From: an uncultured Bdellovibrionales bacterium
Lineage (GTDB): Bacteria > Patescibacteriota > Minisyncoccia > Moranbacterales > DUUL01
NCBI GenBank assembly: GCA_964556685.1
Contig: CAZKWX010000005.1
Span: 1-55,935, forward strand
Reading direction: 5' to 3'
Length of the DNA stretch: 55,935 bases
The translations under genes and the position numbers were made by a program. Positions within the stretch are counted from its first letter, which is position 1. Each line of letters begins with the position of its first letter. Positions 48,204 to 55,935 of this stretch are shown piece by piece. Under the pieces are notes generated by a model, which was not told the origin of the DNA, searched no databases, and saw only the letters and a program-made list of their open reading frames with translations.

Positions 48204-48371
48204 CTATTTTTTAACCTTCCCTTCTTTATGCAAGGTATGCTTCTTGCACTTCGGACAATACTTCTTCAGCTCCAGTTTGTGCTGCTGGAGTTTTCTTTTA
48301 TTTTTATAGGTGTAATAGTTGCGAGTGTTGCAATCGGCACATTTAAGCGTAAGTAAGTTGTCTTGGCTCAT
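48204..48371 (-). CDS. rpmG: 50S ribosomal protein L33 (zinc-binding form; not in ORF track)
   Basis: Manual translation [55 protein letters not shown]. Confidence 0.95.
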   Translation of the reverse strand: MSQDNLLTLKCADCNTRNYYTYKNKRKLQQHKLELKKYCPKCKKHTLHKEGKVKK

Positions 48372-48495
48372 GTTTATAATAGGTTATTGGTAAAAAGGGT
48401 TTAGACAGTAAGACTAGTTGTAGGTCTTTAGTTATAGGATTTTTTTCTTACGACCTATAACTAATGCCTTGACCTACTGCTAATGCCCTGTGTTC

Positions 48496-49170
48496 CTAAC
48501 AACTAATCCGTACTCCCGGACTCATTGTTGACGAAAGAGTTGCGCTCTTTATCAACTTTCCTTTCACAGCAGCTGGCTTGTTTTTATTCAGATGATTCAA
48601 GAAAGCTTCAACATTTTCTTTCAGCTGCTCTTTTTTGAATGATTTTTTTCCAACAACTTGATGAATGTTGCCCCCATTGTCTGTTTTAAAACTAGCTCGT
48701 CCTTCTTTCAGTCCTTCGATCATAGGAGCAATCTTTGGACCAACTGTTTGAGACTTTGGGTTAGGCATCAAACCTTTTGGTCCAAGCACCTTGGCCACCT
48801 TGCCTAACTTGGGCATCATTTCTGGAGTGGCTACAGCAATCTCGAAATCAATTTTTCCTTTAGCAATTTTTTCAATCAAATCTTCTCCACCAATCAGATC
48901 AGCTCCAGCCTTCTTGGCTTCCTTTGTTTGAGTTTCTGTAAAAGCAGCAATTTTCTTTGATTTTCCTGTTCCGTGAGGAAGATCGGCTGCTCCTCTCATT
49001 TGCTGATCAGATTTGGATGGATCAATGTTGAGCTTCACTGCCAGTTCAACTGTTTCGTCAAATTTGGCTTTGGGAAATTTTTCCATCATTTCCAGAGCTT
49101 CATCGATGCCATAAGTCTTTCCTTTTTCAATCCCTTCTTGAGACTGACTGTAATTTTTTGATCTTTTCAT
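48496..49170 (-). CDS. rplA: 50S ribosomal protein L1
   Basis: KFDETVE, LPHGTGK, LGPKGLMPNPK, STMSP. Confidence 0.97.
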   Translation of the reverse strand: MKRSKNYSQSQEGIEKGKTYGIDEALEMMEKFPKAKFDETVELAVKLNIDPSKSDQQMRGAADLPHGTGKSKKIAAFTETQTKEAKKAGADLIGGEDLIEKIAKGKIDFEIAVATPEMMPKLGKVAKVLGPKGLMPNPKSQTVGPKIAPMIEGLKEGRASFKTDNGGNIHQVVGKKSFKKEQLKENVEAFLNHLNKNKPAAVKGKLIKSATLSSTMSPGVRISC

Positions 49171-49173
49171 GTC

Positions 49174-49219
49174 GTGGTTTTGGCGAATAGTTAACTACCA
49201 ACAGCAACTATCCTCCCAC
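49174..49219 (-). promoter_or_regulatory. putative L1-binding mRNA leader
   Basis: Sense GUGGGAGG-hairpin-CGCCAAAACCAC just before the rplA start, matching L1 autoregulatory site architecture. Confidence 0.55.
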
Positions 49220-49323
49220 AGTTAACTTATTATTTCGAGTATAAGCTAGTGCAACGCCAGTCAGTACGCTAGTAGAACGCAGAAGCGTATTACTGGCGAT
49301 ATCCTAAGGCGTCCAACTGGCAT

Positions 49324-49770
49324 CTATTTAATCTTAATCCCCATTGATCGGGCAGTCCCTTCGATGATCTTCATCGCTTCTTCCACATCATTGGCATTGA
49401 GATCTTCCATTTTCCGCTCTGCAATTTCTTTGACCTGATCTTTGGTGACTGTTCCAACCTTGTCAGTCAAGGGATTTCCAGCGCCTTTTTTCACTCCAGC
49501 TGCTTTTTTCAAAAGCTCTGAAGCTGGAGGCGATTTCAAAATGAAACTAAAGCTTCGATCTTCATTCACAGTAATCTCAACTGGCACCAAGTCTCCGCCC
49601 ATCTCCTTGGTGGCTTCGTTGAATTGAGTGCAAAAATCTTGAATGTTGATTCCGTGTTGACCCAAGGCCGGTCCCACTGGAGGAGCAGGATTAGCAGCTC
49701 CACCCTTGATTTGGAGTTTGATGATTGTTTTTCCTCCTCCGTTTTGTTGATTGTTATTATTATCTGTCAT
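49324..49770 (-). CDS. rplK: 50S ribosomal protein L11
   Basis: [22 protein letters not shown]. Confidence 0.97.
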   Translation of the reverse strand: MTDNNNNQQNGGGKTIIKLQIKGGAANPAPPVGPALGQHGINIQDFCTQFNEATKEMGGDLVPVEITVNEDRSFSFILKSPPASELLKKAAGVKKGAGNPLTDKVGTVTKDQVKEIAERKMEDLNANDVEEAMKIIEGTARSMGIKIK

Positions 49771-49876
49771 TATTGTTGCAATACCAATCTGCGAATCTCA
49801 TGCTAATCTACAAATATGCTAATAATTAATTCGCATATTAGCGGCATTCGCATTTATTCGTGGATTAGTATTATAT

Positions 49877-50422
49877 TTACACTTTTTTAATTTGCAAGAA
49901 ATCTAATTCAACTGGAGTTTCTCGACCAAAGATGCTCACCAAAACAGTGATCTTTCCTTTTTGGTTGTCCACTTCCTCCACCTTTCCTTCGAAATTCTTA
50001 AAAGGTCCGTCAACAATCTTGACTGGCTCTCCCTTGGAAATGTCCAGTTTGTATTTCGGCTCTTGAACACCCATGCGTTTCTTCACACCCATAATCTCAT
50101 CTGGATCAACCGGAGTGGGAGTGGTTCCGATGCCAATGAAACCAGTCACGTTGGGAGTGTTTCGCACCACATACCAACTTTCGTCGGTCACGATCATGTT
50201 CACCAGGACATAACCCGGAAAAATCCTCTCTTCCACAGTGAAACGTTTCCCGTTTTTGATCTTGATTCTTTTTTCTTTCGGCACTATCACATCAAAAATC
50301 TTATCCTGCATGCCCATGGACTCTATTCTTTGTCTGAGATTGCGCATCACATTGTCTTCATAGCCGCTGTAGGTGTGAAGCACATACCAAGAGCGACCGT
50401 GATGTTGAGTTTGTTTAGCCAT
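49877..50422 (-). CDS. nusG: transcription termination/antitermination factor NusG
   Basis: WYVLHTYSGYE, FPGYVLV, KOW motif, FGRETPVEL. Confidence 0.97.
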   Translation of the reverse strand: MAKQTQHHGRSWYVLHTYSGYEDNVMRNLRQRIESMGMQDKIFDVIVPKEKRIKIKNGKRFTVEERIFPGYVLVNMIVTDESWYVVRNTPNVTGFIGIGTTPTPVDPDEIMGVKKRMGVQEPKYKLDISKGEPVKIVDGPFKNFEGKVEEVDNQKGKITVLVSIFGRETPVELDFLQIKKV

Positions 50423-50427
50423 CTGTT

Positions 50428-50532
50428 TGGAATTTAGAATTTAGAAATTTGAATTGTGAATTTGAGTTTGCTTTCCTGAGTTCATGAATTTAGATTCTTA
50501 TTCTAAATTCTCAATTCGTAATTCACAATTCC
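50428..50532. repeat. heptamer-periodic inverted repeat
   Basis: (TTAGAAT)n-like left arm, (ATTCTAA)n-like right arm. Confidence 0.65.
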
Positions 50533-50537
50533 GCTGT

Positions 50538-50720
50538 TTAAATTATAAATTGTTCAATAAACGAAGAAAAAATCATATCCAACACTCCCAAAAAAATTGC
50601 CACGGCCAAGCTGGCAGCAATCACCACTGCAGTGTAGTTGATTGTTTGCTGCTTGGTGGGCCAATTGACCTTTTTCAATTCCTCATATGATTCTTTGACA
50701 AACGAAATTGCTTTATTCAT
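50538..50720 (-). CDS. secE: preprotein translocase subunit SecE
   Basis: ELKKVNWPT motif plus TM; upstream of nusG. Confidence 0.95.
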   Translation of the reverse strand: MNKAISFVKESYEELKKVNWPTKQQTINYTAVVIAASLAVAIFLGVLDMIFSSFIEQFII

Positions 50721-50913
50721 TTTTTACAGATTACAGATAAAATCACAGATATACGGATGACAGAAAAAGTATTTCAGTATTCTAGCATCATCTGTATATC
50801 TGTACTCATCTGTAATCCATAGAATTTATTAAAAAACAGCCTCGGGGGCGGTTCTTTATTTCTGATTTTATTATACTCAAAAAGTTTTTTCTGTCAACTC
50901 ATCAGTCTCCTTT

Positions 50914-51711
50914 TTAATCTTTTGGATCTCCATGAATCCGGATGTAATTTTCTGAATCAAATATATTCGTCTCAGCCTCAACGTCGATTCTTTCAACTGA
51001 TCCAGAAAATTTCTCAGAAAAGCCGATAGAATAATCTCGATGCTCTCCTGCTCGAACAGTGTTCATCACTTGAGAATTGACTGCCAAGAGATTTCCTTCC
51101 CCGCCTCTGAGGATGACTTTGACATTTATCGTCTCAAAATCTGTGTCGCTTCTATTCACCAGCGTTCCCATCGCTCTTCCAAAACCAGTTTCTCCGCCTG
51201 AGGCTGCCTCAAAACGAGAATTTTTAATTGCTAGGTTCGGCTCACGATAACTCACAAATTTTTTCCAAACAATACCGTCTTGGTCAATGGCAACATCAAT
51301 GCTTGAAAGATCGCTAACAGAATCAACGTTATAGATAACTATACTTTTCGTTTCGGCAGGAAGAATGTAGTCTTCTTTTTCCAATTTCGTTTCCGAATTC
51401 AATGTCACCACAAAATCATACCTTTTTGCTCCGTATAAATCATTGGGATTCTTGATTTTCATGACCAAGTCAAATGTCCCATCGTTGTTTTTGACCCACT
51501 CTTCGGAAACAACTTCCAACTTTTCCAAGGGAATCACTTGCGAACAAGGTGCACAAGGACCTCCACAGTCGACTTGCTCCTCTCCTTGATTCTTGGCTCC
51601 ATCAAAACAAGTCGGATCGGGCTTTGCCATAAAATAGACAACCGTTCCCAGTAAAAAGAAAACGATTAGATAGAAGATGATAATCACAAACCTCTTAACA
51701 CCTCGAGACAT
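50914..51711 (-). CDS. membrane-anchored Cys-rich protein with Ig-like/FxLYD-like domains
   Basis: TM, CFDGAKNQGEEQVDCGGPC motif, beta-rich repeats. Confidence 0.65.
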   Translation of the reverse strand: MSRGVKRFVIIIFYLIVFFLLGTVVYFMAKPDPTCFDGAKNQGEEQVDCGGPCAPCSQVIPLEKLEVVSEEWVKNNDGTFDLVMKIKNPNDLYGAKRYDFVVTLNSETKLEKEDYILPAETKSIVIYNVDSVSDLSSIDVAIDQDGIVWKKFVSYREPNLAIKNSRFEAASGGETGFGRAMGTLVNRSDTDFETINVKVILRGGEGNLLAVNSQVMNTVRAGEHRDYSIGFSEKFSGSVERIDVEAETNIFDSENYIRIHGDPKD

Positions 51712-51823
51712 AATTACTTTTCTTTAATGTGTTCTATGTTTGACAGTATAACACCAAAAAACCCTCAAATCAAACAAAAAACCAACCAGAAAGGTTGGCA
51801 TTTTTGACTTTAAATTCACTATT

Positions 51824-52241
51824 CTTGGCACTGGCCTACTCTCCCCATCGGCGCTGAAAGAGGCTCTTTATCCGCCTCTGGCGGAAACGACTGAGTTCGC
51901 CTCAGCACCATTTCCGTCCATAATCTTTGGCATCGACCTACTCTCACCCGCCCAAATTTTTCGATTTTCTTTTCGTCATTTCTAGTTAAATTTCATTAAC
52001 TGCTTTTTCACGAAAATTTTTATTCCTGTTTTTTAATCGAAAAACTTGGGCGGGCTACCATCGGCGCTGACAGGCTTAACGACTGAGTTCGGGATGGAAT
52101 CAGGTGTGACCCTGTCGCTAAAGACACCAAAGACAATAAAAAGAAATAAAAGGTGCGGGGCAAGGGAAGCCTGTCCGCCCACCTGCCTTCGGCAGGTGTT
52201 GGTGGAGGATCAGGTGTGGCCCTATCGCTAAAAGCACCAAG
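51824..52241 (-). pseudogene. degenerate 5S rRNA split in two halves (51824-51899 and ~52207-52241)
   Basis: CCTACTCTCC, CCATCGGCGCTG, AACGACTGAGTTCG on one side and ATCAGGTGTG..TCGCTAAA..CACCAAG on the other. Confidence 0.65.
51925..52132 (-). rRNA. rrf: 5S rRNA with ~90-nt expansion in helix IV
   Basis: Sense CUUUGGUGUC..CACACCUGAUUCCAUCCCGAACUCAG..GCGCCGAUGGUAG[expansion]GAGAGUAGGUCGAUGCCAAAG. Confidence 0.88.
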
Positions 52242-52499
52242 AATGGTGAATTTAAAGCGTAATATCAGTGCAGAATCAAACTCTGCTAACTGCTAGTCAT
52301 ACGAAGAAGCAATACTAAAGATCATTAGTACTCCTTGGCTGAGCCCCGCGTCTATCGACTTACTAAATTTTACTAGCGCTTTGCTATTGATATTAATAAA
52401 TCGAATAACACGGAGCTGTGCACCCCTTGCGGGGCTTACACCTGGAGCCTATCAACCTGGTCGTCTACCAGGAGATCTAAGCTGCCTTATCTTGAGTTT

Positions 52500-52532
<33 letters not shown>

Positions 52533-52756
52533 GAAACGAACATAGCTACTCGGCGGTGCACTTGGCAGTGACAGCCGATAGACCAGAGGTTCGCTCTTAG
52601 AGGTCCTCTCGTACTATCTAAGAATCCTCTCAAGCAGCGACGCCTACGGCAGATAGAGACCAACCTGTCTCACGACGGTTTGAACCCAGCTCGCGTACCT
52701 CTTTAATTGGCGAACAGCCAAACCCTTGGGAGTTGCTTCGCCCCCAGGATGAGATG

Positions 52757-53623
52757 CATATTACTCCATTATTACTAATGGTATAGACTATATCCTCACC
52801 CCGCTCTTTCACAGAAAGGGCGGGGGCTGGCGTATGATAGAAGTTTAAACTCTGAATATCAGATACCTTCTATCTTATCCCGTCTTATTGGGATTCAGTC
52901 GTTACGGGGTCAAGTTAATCTTGTATTCCATCGAAGGAACAATAAATGGCTTGATCAAAAAACAAAACTTTTTTGCTTCCTTTTGAGGAATGTAAATGTT
53001 CCAATTTTTTGTCTTCCGATGTAATTTTGCAACAATCTTAAAATTATTTTCCAAACACTTTATCAATTTCTGTTGATCTTGATAACTGAAGGAATCAGTT
53101 CCAATTCTCAAGGCATTACAATCATTCCTTTTGTATCCATCATCCATGAACCAAATAGCTAAACTTATTGGTTTAATTAGAATGTTTTCGATCTCCTTTG
53201 GAATTACTTTTTTTCTGTCCTTATAAAACTGAAAATAAAAGTGATTTAAGCATTCCAAAGAAAAAGTCGATAAATGGACCCTTTCATAGAATTTTCCATT
53301 CTTTGAGTGTTTAGCAGAAACAATTCTTGGTTTTTGGGGAGAAATATTTTTGAACTCTTCATAGAGCCATCTGAGGTATTCGGTTTGAGCTAGCCCATGT
53401 TCCACTCTCAAACGAACATTTTTCCCATTTTTTTCTAGACATCCGTCGCCTAGAATCAAACCAATTAAAATTGCTTCCTGTCTTTTTGATAGTTGCATTC
53501 TGAAAAGATTAACCGACTTCCCACGGTATTGCCCTGTAATCTTGGGTTCATTTTACAGGGTTCCACCGTTATTAGCCAGTGTACTGATTCCACCTTGCGG
53601 TGGAATTCGACCCTAAAAATTTG
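52757..53623 (-). mobile_element. group I intron with homing endonuclease (after ~U2511)
   Basis: Exons GGCU|CAUC; P1 with U.G, P7 ACGACUG/UAGUCU, terminal G. Confidence 0.88.
52902..53498 (-). CDS. LAGLIDADG homing endonuclease (two-motif type)
   Basis: LIGLILGDG and LAIWFMDDG motifs; inside the intron. Confidence 0.9.
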   Translation of the reverse strand: MQLSKRQEAILIGLILGDGCLEKNGKNVRLRVEHGLAQTEYLRWLYEEFKNISPQKPRIVSAKHSKNGKFYERVHLSTFSLECLNHFYFQFYKDRKKVIPKEIENILIKPISLAIWFMDDGYKRNDCNALRIGTDSFSYQDQQKLIKCLENNFKIVAKLHRKTKNWNIYIPQKEAKKFCFLIKPFIVPSMEYKINLTP

Positions 53624-53874
53624 AGCCGACATCGAGGTGCCAAACAGCGCCGTCTATGTGAACTATTGGGCGCTATTAGCCTGTTATCCCCGGGGTAACT
53701 TTTATCTGCTGATCTTCCGCGCATCTATATGCCACGGTCGGTTCACTAAATCCTGCTTTCGCAACTGCTCGACATACCCGTCTTGCAGTAAAGCTGGCTT
53801 GTGGTTTTGTCCTATCGCTCCGATTTCCATCCGGAGCTAGCCAACCTTTGTGAGCGCCTCCGTTACATTTTGGG

Positions 53875-54215
53875 CACTTTGTTACTGCTTATTTATTTTT
53901 AAAATAAGCGGTGTGGTCATTTCTGCCACACTCTCTGTGTCGCCACAGAGTTCAGACTATATCTTCACCCGCCAAAATTTCGAAGAAACTTAGGCGGGGC
54001 TTGGCGTCTAGTCGTTGAGGGCCACATTAAAATGTTCCCTGCTGATTGTCCGCACCAATCACTTTTTTACCATATAACATTATATGGTAGTGTTGGATAC
54101 TCGGAGTTTCCAGCATATAAGCCAAGTTTTTTTATTTTTTTTCGCATTGCGACGATCTTCATTGCCATGTTGCCATGACAACTCCCCACAAAAATCACGG
54201 AGGTGATTTTTCTTA
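53875..54215 (-). mobile_element. group I intron without ORF (after ~U2262)
   Basis: Exons GCCU|CCCAAAA; P4 UGCUGG/UCAGCA, P7 ACGACUA/UAGUCU, terminal G. Confidence 0.85.
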
Positions 54216-54575
54216 AGGCGACCGCCCCAGTCAAACTACCCACCAGGCACTGTTCCCGTCCGCGAAAAATTTTTCAAATTAATTTGAAAAATTTTCAGCG
54301 GACAGGGTTAGCATTTAAAAGCATATAGGGTGGTATTCCACTGATGACTCCATTCCAGCCGGAACTGGAACTTCAAAGTCTCCCACCTATGCTCGGCAAT
54401 ATAATCTCAAACGCAATGCCAAGTTGTAGTAAAGCTCCACGGGGTCTTTTCGTCTTGCCGTAGGTAGAGGGCATCTTTACCCCCATTGCAATTTCACCGG
54501 GTCCCTTGTTGAGACAGTTGCCAAGTCGTTACGCCTTTAATGCGGGTCGGTATTTAGCCGACAAGGAATTTCGCT

Positions 54576-54927
54576 AATCGTCTTGCTCGATATATTTTTC
54601 TTTATATCTCACCCACTCTCCGAGTGGCTGCATGTCGCCATGCAGATGGAACTCTATCTTCTCCAATTCATTTGGAGTCTGACGTTTGGTTTCTGAGGAT
54701 TTCCCGTTTGAGCGGGATCTTTCCTGCTGATTGTCCGCACCAATCACTTTTTTACCATATAACATTATATGGTAGTGTTGGATACTCGGAGTTTCCAGCA
54801 TATAGTCAGATTTTTAGGACATTCCGATTTCTCGGAACAAGCAGTTACTTTTCCTTTTATAACTTTAAAACTCGACTTTTCTACAATTGTTCTAGTCCTT
54901 GAAACTGCCTAAAATAAGACAATCTCA
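54576..54927 (-). mobile_element. atypical group I-like intron (after ~U1931)
   Basis: Exons AAGGU|AGCGAAA; P3 UCUGAC/GUCAGA, P4, J8/7 GAAGAUA; non-canonical P7 and terminal U. Confidence 0.8.
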
Positions 54928-55935
54928 ACCTTAGAACAATTATAGTTATTGCTGACGTTCACTGGCGCTTCGGAGCGCGGCTTGCACCTTGCTCGTTAAC
55001 GTTCCAGCACTGGTCAGGCGTCAGCCCCTATACATCCCCTTACGGGTTAGCAGAGACCTGTGTTTTTGATAAACAGTCGCCAGGCATCTTTTGTTGCAGC
55101 CGACGCTCCGCGTCGGTTCGCTGATTCATGCTGATTTCACGCTGATCAATGCTGATAGAAATTCCATCCGCATTAATCTGCGTTTCATCTGCGTTTATCC
55201 GCGTCCCGGTGCGAAGCATCGGCAGACCATATCCCTAAGTTACGGTCGCTGTTTTGCCGAGTTCCTTAACAAGGGTTCTCCCGTTCACCTTGGGCTACTC
55301 GCCCTGTCTACCTGTGTCGGTTTGCGGTACGGATACTGTAAAACAATCTTAGAAGTTTTTCCTGGCACTCTGCTCATCCTTGTTCCCCCGACTCAACGTC
55401 GGGGTTCCAGGAATACCTTGAGCTGATGCTGGCGGATTTACCAATCCAGCACCCTCAGCATTCCCACCAGAATCCAATAACTGGCAAGGACTACTAGAAT
55501 GCGTCACTCCATCGATATATGTTTTACAGTAGGGCAGGAATATTAACCTGCTGTCCATCGACTACCCCCCAGCGCTCGATTCTCGAGCTTAATTTCTAAT
55601 TTACAATTTATAATTTCTAAACAATCTCTAACTTTCTAATTCCTAATTTATAATTGAAGAATTTAGTTATTGAAAATTGATTAAAAATTTAAAATTGCAA
55701 ATTGCAAATTGAAGCTTGCTCGAAGAGCAAGCGCCAGGGACTCGCCTTAGGACCGCCTAACCCTGGGATGACTATCATCGCCCAGGAAACCTTAGACTTT
55801 CGGTGTACGTGAGTCTCACACGTATTGTGGTTACTTATGCCAACATTCTCACTTCCTGCCGCTCCATTCCACCTCACGGTGTAAACTTCACTGCTGACAG
55901 GAACGCTTCTCTACCAACGCTCGCATCTCGCTTCG

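Noticed and set aside
49188-49197. TAGTTAACTA as a second TrpR-like operator
   Set aside because: Lies within the stem of the putative L1 leader; flanks are not palindromic

Overview
A ~56 kb chromosomal segment of a Patescibacteria/CPR bacterium, inferred Parcubacteria. The genetic code is 11, rplA is present, the 23S rRNA is intron-rich and there is a VirB2/TrbC-like pilin array. Core genes: uvrB, secG, rnj, pcrA, rpsO, rluD-like, rplS, trpS, gyrA, secE-nusG-rplK-rplA-rpmG. It also holds 8 tRNAs, 5S rRNA and the 3' part of 23S rRNA with three group I-type introns, one encoding a LAGLIDADG endonuclease. Most notable non-obvious structure: (1) the third 23S intron has an A-U pair in place of the universal G-C guanosine-binding pair, no terminal omega-G and no U.G wobble at the 5' splice site; (2) an intact, expanded 5S gene lies inside an inverted-repeat element that splits a second, degenerate 5S gene; (3) several dispersed palindromic element families, one bracketing a DUF559 nuclease gene (REPtron-like), with copies inserted in-frame in uvrB, pcrA and rluD and inside rRNA/tRNA sequences; (4) a tandem covarying structured RNA in a long 5' UTR; (5) seven tandem pilin-like genes behind a GT-C-like glycosyltransferase. 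All calls come from reading the sequence; no searches were run, and E. coli rRNA positions are from memory.
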